From a virus, in the IMG/VR virus record IMGVR_UViG_3300045988_105695, positions 1 through 16,196 of that record: DNA of 16,196 bases; one strand, given 5' to 3'. Below the pieces are notes generated by a model. That model saw only the letters and a program-made list of their open reading frames with translations. It made no database searches and was not told where the DNA came from. Positions 8,030-14,927 of the stretch are shown in pieces. Position 1 is the stretch's first letter. Each line of letters opens with the position of its first letter. The translations under genes were made by a program, and so were the position numbers.

Positions 8030-9193
8030 TTATTTTTTAACATATAAAAATGAAATATAAAAGATATTATACCAATTTTGGAATCCCATTCCTATATTTA
8101 CTTTTATTTTGTCTTTGTTGATTGTTGCTTGAACGGAACCACTAATAACATCATTGACACTTGAGGCTGTGGTACTTCCGATTACATTCAGCGGGTAAAA
8201 ATAAAATTCTGCTCCGACACTATAACTTTTCGCTGACCATAAACAGGAACATTCATCAAAAAATGCAAAACTAGTTTGTGTGAAATCAAAACTATAATCA
8301 CCTTCCCGACTAGCGTTTGACAAGTCAATTTTACAATAACGCCTATAAATCGGTTTTCCGTCTATCCATTTTAAACCCGTATCGATTTCTTTATTTTGAT
8401 TATATTCAAAGAAATTATTCATTTTTACAATGGTGTCATTTAACTTTTTTCCTTGGTTGGCACTTAACGCTTTATTGGCTGCTGTGGTTGTCAAGTTATC
8501 TACAATATCTTTATCTTCCAATAAATTGTAATTTGTTGTGCCTTGGTAGTTTGTTATTGTCGGATGTTCATCATTTTCGGTAAAGTATGCACCACTTTCA
8601 ATTTTATTTTGTATTTTACTAACACTTAAGTTTAAATCTTCTAAATCTTTTTCCACTAATAAATCCTGGTTTTTCGAACCATCATACCAAACAGGTCTTT
8701 TTTCTGAGTGAACAACCGCCTGTGCATTGTCATCTCCAATCTGTGTATAGTCATCCGTTCCCGTATAACTATGACTAACCATATTTACTTTTTTCCCAGA
8801 ATGTAAAGTCCCATAAACACCTTTGTCCTCTTGAAACTGTAAATCTCCGGACATAACATCTCCGGCTTTATTCACTTTTTGATTCCACAATGGATTTTGT
8901 GCAATAATCTCATTTAATGTTCCGTCTGACTTCCATTGATTTAAAATTTCCTGTGTTTTTTCGTTGGCGATTTGTGAAATATTTTCTGTAATATAATCCT
9001 CAAAATTGTTCCAATCGGAAATCAAATCATCCATACTTTTATATGTAATTTGCACATACCCCTGTAAATAAACCAAAGCCTCATAGATATTCATACCATT
9101 GTTAAATGCGGACATATAATTGGAACTTAAATTTCCAACATCCGGTAAAGGTTTAAATTCCGGTAAATTATTCATTTGTTCCACCTTCTTCAT
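8030..9193 (-). CDS. Tail fibre / receptor-binding appendage protein
   Basis: 387 aa. It carries tail-fibre-type motifs: KAGDVMSGDLQF (similar to GGTMTGxL) and TTTAANKALSANQGKKLND. It lies in the late structural block. Confidence 0.75.
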   Translation of the reverse strand: MKKVEQMNNLPEFKPLPDVGNLSSNYMSAFNNGMNIYEALVYLQGYVQITYKSMDDLISDWNNFEDYITENISQIANEKTQEILNQWKSDGTLNEIIAQNPLWNQKVNKAGDVMSGDLQFQEDKGVYGTLHSGKKVNMVSHSYTGTDDYTQIGDDNAQAVVHSEKRPVWYDGSKNQDLLVEKDLEDLNLSVSKIQNKIESGAYFTENDEHPTITNYQGTTNYNLLEDKDIVDNLTTTAANKALSANQGKKLNDTIVKMNNFFEYNQNKEIDTGLKWIDGKPIYRRYCKIDLSNASREGDYSFDFTQTSFAFFDECSCLWSAKSYSVGAEFYFYPLNVIGSTTASSVNDVISGSVQATINKDKIKVNIGMGFQNWYNIFYISFLYVKK

Positions 9194-9428
9194 TCTTTAA
9201 GTCTAAAATCGTGTCAATTTTTGTGCTTAGCTTTTCCATAACGATTGTGTTATTCTCTATCGTCTTTGTCAGTTCCTGTGTTTCCGCTTTATGTGAGCTA
9301 TTCAGTTCTTCAATTTCACTTTTATGTTGGTCATTTAAGTACTTGATATAATACCCCATAACTAAACACATGCAAATTGGGAAACCTACAGTACTGATAA
9401 CCTGTACAATTGCATTGACTTCATCCAT
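9168..9428 (-). CDS. Holin-like protein, BhlA/UviB family type (single N-terminal TM + charged coiled-coil tail)
   Basis: The TM segment is AIVQVISTVGFPICMCLVMGYYI, followed by a K/E-rich helix. This is the same layout as BhlA/UviB holins. I prefer the ATG at 9428 (MDEVNAIV..., 86 aa) because AAGGAGA lies 9 nt upstream. The ORF-track start at 9467 has no RBS. Confidence 0.65.
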   Translation of the reverse strand: MDEVNAIVQVISTVGFPICMCLVMGYYIKYLNDQHKSEIEELNSSHKAETQELTKTIENNTIVMEKLSTKIDTILDLKNEEGGTNE

Positions 9429-9482
9429 GTTCCATAATCTCCTTTCTTTCTCCACAATAAACATCATGGATTTTACAATTAC

Positions 9483-9491
9483 ATTATATCA
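9483..9491 (-). promoter_or_regulatory. Extended -10 promoter candidate (TGaTATAAT) for the holin/tail genes
   Basis: The minus strand reads tgatataat immediately after the capsid terminator T-tract. There is no clear -35. Confidence 0.45.
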
Positions 9492-9518
9492 AAAATAAAA
9501 GGGGTTTACACCCCTTTT
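9491..9518 (-). terminator. Intrinsic terminator after the major capsid gene
   Basis: The minus strand reads AAAAGGGG-tgtaaa-CCCCTTTT followed by ATTTTT. It starts 6 nt after the capsid stop codon. Confidence 0.75.
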
Positions 9519-9523
9519 TGTTT

Positions 9524-10876
9524 TTACGCTGTGATAACAACCTGTAAAATAGCCTGTACTTCAGAAGTAGTGTCTTTCACTGTAATTGTTTTCAATCCGG
9601 TTGTGGCAGTTCCTGTGGCACTCACTGTCATACTTCGTTTATCGTCACTCAGTGTTGCGGTAACTTCGCTGTTGGCTGAACTTGTCGCTGTGATACCGTC
9701 TTCGCTTACGTCAACACTTGTCTTAGTCACATCAATAGCAACTTTAGTAGACTGATTTGCTTTTAATACTACGGACTGTGGTTTAACCTCAATGGCTGAC
9801 ACCTTTTCTTCCGGTGTTCCACTTACAAAAGCAATCGCATTCGCAAAACGTGAAGTGGCAATAGATTCCCAATGATGTAACCAATAGTTCCAATAAAGCC
9901 CCTCTGCATTGTATTTAGTAGTAACATTGTACTTTTGGTCAAATACTCGATAGATTTCACTATCGACTAACAGTGCCTCAATCGTTCCATTCTCTGTACT
10001 TGGCAAAGTAGGAATCACTAACACATGAGTTTTAAAGCTAGCAACGTCTAATTGGAAAGTCTGTGCTAACCATTCAATGTTCAAGTAAGAATTGGATTTT
10101 CCTGTCAAAATAATATACAGGTCATCCATTTCATTTTGTTTTGTTACACCCATGGCATTATATTCGTCTGTTGGCTCTGTCAAATAGCTTGCGTATTCTG
10201 TCAACTTCTGCGCCAAAGCTTTTGCACTGTCTGCGTCCTGTACAGCACTATTCAATTTGACAATTTTCATATGTCCATTTTCATAATGGGTTGCAAGTGC
10301 TGATTTCATGTAATTGTAATCGTCTTTATTGTCACCATTGTACAAAGCGTCAACGATACGAGCAATCAAAGATGTTACACCGTCCCATGTCACAAAATAA
10401 CTTCTCAAATCATCATCCGTGATGGTCTGTTTGTAGTACGATTTACGATTTACAATGTAAAATACATTTTTAATGTCTGGAAGTTCACGCTTAAACTGAT
10501 TTGTTTCTGCCTGTTCTTGGTTGTACTCGTGTTCTTTTGCCACGTCAACAAAATATTCTTCCATTGTATAACCTAACGGCATATCTGCCATTTTAAAAGG
10601 TGCTAATTTGTTGGTAATAATATTTTTGTGGGCAATCGAACGTCCAATTCGTGTTGCTAACGTAATCCATTCGGTCGCTAGTGTATCTGGATACTGCAAT
10701 AAACCGTCCATAAAGTCTAGCGAGTTTACTTCATACGGGTCGCCAACGGTACTTCTTAAATTCGGACTTGCACTTGCATACATAGCATGTGCAACATCCA
10801 CGCTTTTTGGGGTAACGTCTGCCCCTGTTGATTCTTGAATTGCACTTAATACTTGTGCTCTTGTTGTTTTTGCCAT
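9524..10876 (-). CDS. Major capsid protein (phi29 gp8-like) with C-terminal Ig-like (Big_2-type) domain
   Basis: 450 aa (phi29 gp8 is ~448 aa). It follows the scaffold gene. The C-terminal ~90 aa (VSAIEVKPQSVVLKANQSTKVAIDV...TITVKDTTSEVQAILQVVITA) has the alternating T/S/V beta pattern of bacterial Ig-like domains, as in phi29 gp8. Confidence 0.88.
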   Translation of the reverse strand: MAKTTRAQVLSAIQESTGADVTPKSVDVAHAMYASASPNLRSTVGDPYEVNSLDFMDGLLQYPDTLATEWITLATRIGRSIAHKNIITNKLAPFKMADMPLGYTMEEYFVDVAKEHEYNQEQAETNQFKRELPDIKNVFYIVNRKSYYKQTITDDDLRSYFVTWDGVTSLIARIVDALYNGDNKDDYNYMKSALATHYENGHMKIVKLNSAVQDADSAKALAQKLTEYASYLTEPTDEYNAMGVTKQNEMDDLYIILTGKSNSYLNIEWLAQTFQLDVASFKTHVLVIPTLPSTENGTIEALLVDSEIYRVFDQKYNVTTKYNAEGLYWNYWLHHWESIATSRFANAIAFVSGTPEEKVSAIEVKPQSVVLKANQSTKVAIDVTKTSVDVSEDGITATSSANSEVTATLSDDKRSMTVSATGTATTGLKTITVKDTTSEVQAILQVVITA

Positions 10877-10888
10877 AAAATCACTCCT

Positions 10889-11164
10889 TTAATCTTTTAA
10901 CATTTTTGAGATATCTAAGCCTTTGTTTTCAGTTTTTGTTTCGGGTTTATTTTCTACACCCAAACGCATAAACAATTTTGAGTTTGCCTCGACCAGAGAT
11001 CCATTTCTCTCCTGTAAATTGGAAACTTGGCTCGAAAGTTCGTCAATGCGTTCATATAATGCATTTGTTTCCGTTCGGACTTCGTCCAGCATGGTTGATC
11101 GTTCCGCTCTGTCATCAGTCTCCAAAATCTGTGACAACTGTTGTTCCATTTTCTCACGTTCCAT
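10889..11164 (-). CDS. Scaffolding protein (phi29 gp7-like)
   Basis: 91 aa, highly charged and helical/coiled-coil. It is the first late gene, directly upstream of the capsid gene. RBS GAAAGGTG lies 6 nt before the ATG. Confidence 0.72.
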   Translation of the reverse strand: MEREKMEQQLSQILETDDRAERSTMLDEVRTETNALYERIDELSSQVSNLQERNGSLVEANSKLFMRLGVENKPETKTENKGLDISKMLKD

Positions 11165-11184
11165 AACATCACACCTTTCCTAAC

Positions 11185-11196
11185 ATTATAATATCA
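11185..11196 (-). promoter_or_regulatory. Late promoter candidate: overlapping -10 elements (TGaTATTAT / TATAAT) without a recognisable -35
   Basis: The minus strand reads atgatattataatgttaggaaaggtgtgatgttATG. At 17-bp spacing the -35 position is ttcttt, which is part of the upstream terminator T-tract. Confidence 0.45.
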
Positions 11197-11211
11197 TGTT
11201 TTATTTAAAAG

Positions 11212-11243
11212 AAAAGAAAAAAGACGCTTTTAACGTCTTTTTT
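11212..11243 (-). terminator. Intrinsic terminator ending the early region / small RNA
   Basis: The minus strand reads AAAAAGACG-ttaaaag-CGTCTTTTT followed by tcttttc (stem 11218-11226 / 11234-11242). Confidence 0.8.
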
Positions 11244-11370
11244 CTAAAATCAAATGGCCAAAGTAGCATAAACTGTCATACTAGATTCATTACTTCTACA
11301 TCGGGTAGGAGGATTTTACGCCTAATGAACCCCACCAACGAAAGACAGACTTCATCTATGCACCTTGTAC
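11212..11370 (-). ncRNA. Candidate prohead/packaging RNA (pRNA); structured core about 11256-11370, 3' extension ends in the terminator
   Basis: It has its own promoter and terminator and no credible ORF. Hand folding gives a 5'/3' closing helix, a three-way junction, a bulge UUCAUUA (DNA 11323-11329) and a hairpin loop containing UAAUGAA (DNA 11286-11292). These two are perfectly complementary over 7 nt. Its position downstream of the polymerase and a small ORF matches phi29. The 3'-arm 9-mer GCUACUUUG is identical to the phi29 pRNA as I recall it. Confidence 0.68.
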
Positions 11371-11374
11371 TTTT

Positions 11375-11402
11375 ATTATAACTTATTTTAATTCTTTTTC
11401 AA
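11375..11402 (-). promoter_or_regulatory. Sigma-A-type promoter of the small RNA
   Basis: The minus strand reads TTGAAA (11402-11397), a 16-nt spacer, then TATAAT (11380-11375). It lies within the 3' end and stop region of the 70-aa ORF. Confidence 0.65.
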
Positions 11403-11595
11403 TATCATCAAACGCTTTTTCGCATACCCAATCTTTTAATTGTTTATTTCTGCGTTTTGTATTCAAAAACAATCGCACTGCTTTTTCTTTTTTAGGTATA
11501 AAAACAGTAAATCGTTCATACTTACTTTTATGATGTCTGTTGATATAATCATAATTTTTCTTTTTATCTTCGTTTGATTTTGAACTTTCTGTCAT
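11383..11595 (-). CDS. Small basic protein, possible ribbon-helix-helix DNA-binding protein
   Basis: 70 aa from the ATG at 11595 (AAGGGGG lies 11 nt upstream). The ORF-track start at 11607 is a GTG sitting on the RBS. The pattern ERFTVFIPKKEKAVRLFLNT..NKQLKDWVCEKAFDDIEKEL fits strand-helix-helix. This is a weak inference. It overlaps the polymerase 3' end by 32 nt. Confidence 0.45.
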   Translation of the reverse strand: MTESSKSNEDKKKNYDYINRHHKSKYERFTVFIPKKEKAVRLFLNTKRRNKQLKDWVCEKAFDDIEKELK

Positions 11596-13384
11596 ATAAT
11601 ACAACACCCCCTTTTACGTGTGCTTTTTTCAAACAGTCGGGCACTTCATTACCTACTCTGAAATTATTAAAGGTGATATTCTGTTTCGCTTTTTCTGTCA
11701 TGCCAGAGCATTTTACATTTAAACGATAACAAACACCGTCACGCATATAATATAAATTATCTTTTTTATCATGGTCAAAAATATATTCTTTCTGATGATC
11801 GTTGTAATCTTTATAGCTTATCTCAATTTCTTCAATGTAGGCTTTTGCACCTATAAAATATGCTCTTTTAAATACACTTTCTAAACCCCAATACCCTAGT
11901 TCTTTATCGTCAATGATATGTTCAATTTCTTTCGGTATTTCTGTTCCGACTAGGTGTATGCTATCCGTGTCGATATAAGCAACACGATTGATTCCTACTT
12001 TTTGCGCAGTGGTTATTGTGTACTTTCTAGCATAGGCGGTAACAAACGCACCGTAAGGCAAGTAAATAGGGTCACGTTCCTGTTTGTCTTCTACTTCTTG
12101 CACTTTCCCATTTTTGTATGTTGTGTACGTTGGTAGTTTTGTTTTTAAAACACCACTATCATCCAAATAAGGTATTTTTGGAGTGACGTCTGGATTTGTT
12201 GCAAACTTTCCGTAAACACTATTCATTTTTCGTTTTGCAATAAATCGTTTCACTCCACGCTCTTTCTTTTTAACTTCCATACATTCATCAATAAATTTGT
12301 TGGCAATTCCCACAACACCTTTAAATTTATAGCCACTGTACCAATTCACATCATATACATCATACTGTTCATTTATAAGTTCCCAATCAACGTTCGTTAA
12401 AACCATGGTTACAACATCACCGCCACTTGACTTCACATATTTTTTACTCCCAAACATAACACTAAATCTATCCAAACTGATACATTCAATATGTTCTTTT
12501 TTCAATTCAAAACCAAAGGAAACTTTACAAATCCATAAAGGATACAATTCTGTTTTTTGTGGTGCTCCTGTAAAAAATACAGGCGAACCATATGGCAATA
12601 GTTCTTTGTACATTCGACTTGGATATAGACTATTCACATCAAATACAATTCCCTCATTAATTACTTTCTCTTTAAATCGTTCGTTTGCCCAAACAAAACC
12701 ACCCATATAACTAGGTCTTATATCTTTATCAGTTTCTAAGGAAATTACAGGAAATATTTTTTCAAAATCGTCTGGCAGTGTTTCTTTAAAGGCTTTGAAA
12801 CTGCTTGCAGTGGCGGTCATTTTATCAAAACCCTCATTAAAGCACTGTTGTAAAGCCATAGCTATAATGTCGATGTCATTAAACAAATAGTCTTTTTCTA
12901 GTGGTGTGAGTTCGTGTCCAATTTCCCTAAATTCGTCATAGTCGATTTTTAGTTTTCGTATCGGTAACTTAAAATCAATGGCAATCTGCTCCACACTAAA
13001 TGGAATCAATTTCAAACTATCCCAAATAACGGTTTTTGTAGTGTGCTTTCCTTTCACACTCCAATAGATCTCTATGCAATACCAAAGTCCCTGCTTGGAT
13101 ATAATAGTTTTAAAAGCATTTGTTTTTGGTCTGTCTGTGTATTCAAATCCATTTGATAAAAGCCACGACACAATAAATTCCCCGTCAAATGCCAAATTGT
13201 GAAAATATAACTTTTTATTCTGATTCGATATCCAATCGATAAAACTTTGCATTGTATTTCCATAATATTTCTTTTCAACATCAAATACATTGGACGCTCC
13301 CCATGCCCATACTCTACAGTCATTCGGGTTTGTGGTTGTTTCAAAGTCACAACTCCAAACCTCATTTTTTCTTTTTCTTGCCAT
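11564..13384 (-). CDS. Protein-primed family-B DNA polymerase (phi29 gp2-like)
   Basis: Motifs: ExoI SCDFETTT..DCRVWAWG, ExoII FHNLAFDGEFI, ExoIII YLFNDIDI, motif A VFDVNSLYPSRMY, motif B KRKMNSVYGKFA and motif C AYIDTDSIH. All are near-identical to phi29 polymerase motifs. The start at 13384 (MARKRKNEVWSCDFETTT) aligns to the phi29 N-terminus. The ORF-track start at 13453 is an in-frame upstream extension. 606 aa. Confidence 0.97.
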   Translation of the reverse strand: MARKRKNEVWSCDFETTTNPNDCRVWAWGASNVFDVEKKYYGNTMQSFIDWISNQNKKLYFHNLAFDGEFIVSWLLSNGFEYTDRPKTNAFKTIISKQGLWYCIEIYWSVKGKHTTKTVIWDSLKLIPFSVEQIAIDFKLPIRKLKIDYDEFREIGHELTPLEKDYLFNDIDIIAMALQQCFNEGFDKMTATASSFKAFKETLPDDFEKIFPVISLETDKDIRPSYMGGFVWANERFKEKVINEGIVFDVNSLYPSRMYKELLPYGSPVFFTGAPQKTELYPLWICKVSFGFELKKEHIECISLDRFSVMFGSKKYVKSSGGDVVTMVLTNVDWELINEQYDVYDVNWYSGYKFKGVVGIANKFIDECMEVKKKERGVKRFIAKRKMNSVYGKFATNPDVTPKIPYLDDSGVLKTKLPTYTTYKNGKVQEVEDKQERDPIYLPYGAFVTAYARKYTITTAQKVGINRVAYIDTDSIHLVGTEIPKEIEHIIDDKELGYWGLESVFKRAYFIGAKAYIEEIEISYKDYNDHQKEYIFDHDKKDNLYYMRDGVCYRLNVKCSGMTEKAKQNITFNNFRVGNEVPDCLKKAHVKGGVVLYDRKFKIKRR

Positions 13385-14138
13385 TTTGATTCTTAAATTT
13401 ATTGAGTGATGTTTGTATTTGACGTAATTCCAATGATTTATTATTATCTCCAATGCCTAAGTCTTCATACCTAAAAGCGTCTAAGCTGGATTGCTCCTGA
13501 TAAAACCACGTGATAAATTGAGCAACGCTCATGTTCTTTATATTTTTCGACATTTCTCGAAACTGCTTTGACGTCAAATTGCCTTTTTTCTTTTGTTTCC
13601 TTATCGCTTTTATATAATTTTTCTGTAATAGTTCTTGCTTTTTCGTTGGATTTTTTGTGTTTCTTTTTAACGTCTTGATTCTCTTTTCTAACTGTTTTTT
13701 TGATGAATAACTATCGATATTTACGTGTTTTATATCGGTAAATAAACTACTTTTATCATCTAAAACTAACCCGGTGGCTCTTCTCACTGTGATATCCTGT
13801 GCAATACCTCCAACGGTCTGTGGTAGGTCACCTATTTTATTTGCCAACTTCCTTTTTTGTCTATTCTGTTTGTCAATCAATCTATTTGCCTCACGTATAT
13901 CTTTTCTGTTAAAAACTACGTTTCTGTCATTTTTGTAATATTGGTTGTTTAAAATAAATCGTTCTGCCTGTCTTTTATATTTATTCAGTTCTTCACGTGT
14001 TTTAAAACTCATATAATTACGTGTTGTAAATTCAATATCGACACCCATATTTTTTGCTTTTGTTACCGTTCTTTTAATACTTTCATTTAAATTTCTAAAA
14101 GCTACCTGGTCTTTGTAAGACCGTCTTATTTTTGCCAT
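13362..14138 (-). CDS. Terminal protein (phi29 gp3-like)
   Basis: 258 aa from the ATG at 14138 (GAAAGGA lies 9 nt upstream; the track start at 14156 is a TTG). It is very basic. NMGVDIEF..SFKTREELNKYKRQAERF resembles phi29 TP KYGVDLTAE..SFETRAQFNKWKEQASSF (from memory). It lies directly upstream of, and overlaps, the polymerase gene. Confidence 0.85.
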   Translation of the reverse strand: MAKIRRSYKDQVAFRNLNESIKRTVTKAKNMGVDIEFTTRNYMSFKTREELNKYKRQAERFILNNQYYKNDRNVVFNRKDIREANRLIDKQNRQKRKLANKIGDLPQTVGGIAQDITVRRATGLVLDDKSSLFTDIKHVNIDSYSSKKQLEKRIKTLKRNTKNPTKKQELLQKNYIKAIRKQKKKGNLTSKQFREMSKNIKNMSVAQFITWFYQEQSSLDAFRYEDLGIGDNNKSLELRQIQTSLNKFKNQNGKKKKK

Positions 14139-14161
14139 TTTAACACGTCCTTTCAAATGGT

Positions 14162-14191
14162 AAAAATAAAGGGTGCCATTGTTGACACCCT
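14162..14191 (-). terminator. Weak intrinsic terminator / attenuator between the SSB and terminal protein genes
   Basis: The minus strand reads AGGGTG, a 10-nt loop, CACCCT, then ttattttt (stem 14170-14175 / 14186-14191). Confidence 0.45.
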
Positions 14192-14198
14192 ATAAATC

Positions 14199-14585
14199 TT
14201 ATTCGTTGACAACAAATGTCAAATATTTATTGTTTGAACTAAAGGACTTTTTCTGAATCGGTGTAATTACGAGTGGTTTTTCGTTCCAATCGTATGTAAA
14301 CACCTGTTTAGCTAAATTCATTGCGTCAATAAAACTATTAGAGTTTGTCGCATAGGCTTTACCGAAATCATCAATCACAGTAATAATTTTGCGAACTTTC
14401 ACTTCGCCTGTTTTTTCGTCTAAGTCCTCTTTTTCCTGTACAAAATAACCGATAATTGGAATAGCTTGTCCTACCATATCGGAAAGACTTGCTTCTGCAT
14501 TATTCAAAGCGTTAAATAGTTTGACTTTATCGCTTTCCTTAACATTCATTAAATTTGTTCCTTTTGTTTCCATAACTTCGTTCAT
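14199..14585 (-). CDS. Single-stranded DNA-binding protein, phi29 gp5-like
   Basis: 128 aa (phi29 p5 is ~124 aa). LFNALNN..., ...KIITVIDDFGKAYATNSNSFIDAMNLAKQVF and ...YLTFVV are collinear with phi29 p5 IFNAQTGG..., [31 protein letters not shown] and ...VFFSLQL (from memory). RBS AGAGGT lies 7 nt upstream. It is located just upstream of TP and polymerase. Confidence 0.6.
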   Translation of the reverse strand: MNEVMETKGTNLMNVKESDKVKLFNALNNAEASLSDMVGQAIPIIGYFVQEKEDLDEKTGEVKVRKIITVIDDFGKAYATNSNSFIDAMNLAKQVFTYDWNEKPLVITPIQKKSFSSNNKYLTFVVNE

Positions 14586-14683
14586 AAATTTACCTCTTTT
14601 CTATGTTATTCTATTTGACCAAACCTAAGCAATATGTGCACCAAAAACAACATATTATTTTTGTATTTTACATTTTATCACCC

Positions 14684-14926
14684 CTAACTATCTATATCAA
14701 TTTCATTTAATGATAACTGTCTTATAACTGAAATAAATATTTCTTCAACATCTCCACCAAAAGGATTTATTAATTCTAAGTTATAAACGAAAGCTTTTAA
14801 ACCGTCTGCATTAACTTCTAAGACATCTTTTTTCTTTCTTATATTTACTTTTCTATAACCTCTAATATGTAACTCATATTTTAAAACATCCTTTAAGTAA
14901 TTAACAGTATATTCAATTTGATTCAT
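14684..14926 (-). CDS. Hypothetical early protein (80 aa)
   Basis: The ATG at 14926 is preceded by GGAGG with a 5-nt spacer. The ORF-track TTG start at 14938 overlaps that RBS. I do not recognise a family. Confidence 0.6.
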   Translation of the reverse strand: MNQIEYTVNYLKDVLKYELHIRGYRKVNIRKKKDVLEVNADGLKAFVYNLELINPFGGDVEEIFISVIRQLSLNEIDIDS

Positions 14927-14927
14927 A

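Noticed and set aside
10954-11172. 72-aa minus-strand alternative-frame ORF over the scaffold gene (and similarly 13072-13365 inside the polymerase gene)
   Set aside because: These are out-of-frame overlaps with genes whose frames are fixed by homology or by coiled-coil character. Their products are Cys/Trp/Arg-rich with no RBS.
11196-11381. 61-aa plus-strand ORF in the early/late intergenic region
   Set aside because: It runs through the terminator hairpin and the structured RNA on the opposite strand, has no RBS and has an odd composition. The region is better explained as a minus-strand ncRNA gene.
2883-12710. Plus-strand ORFs in the track (2883-3167, 6445-6678, 7597-7824, 8317-8583, 9531-9755, 10608-10838, 10923-11183, 10978-11166, 11954-12136, 12405-12710)
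   Set aside because: Each lies entirely antisense within a minus-strand gene that has clear phi29-family homology. None has an RBS. The translations are low-complexity or hydrophobic mirror artefacts; for example GSGSGSGPGPPP is the antisense of the Pro/Glu linker.
13385-13453. Upstream in-frame extensions of track ORFs (polymerase to 13453, TP to 14156, holin to 9467, 70-aa ORF to 11607, 80-aa ORF to 14938)
   Set aside because: These extensions start at TTG/GTG or at an RBS-less ATG, often on top of the Shine-Dalgarno of the downstream ATG. The homology-supported N-termini begin at the inner ATGs.
14586-14683. Possible promoter upstream of the SSB gene (TGaTAAAAT at 14680-14672; TTGCTT..TAACAT)
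   Set aside because: Several weak AT-rich matches are expected by chance in this composition, and there is no convincing -35/-10 pair. I left it uncalled.
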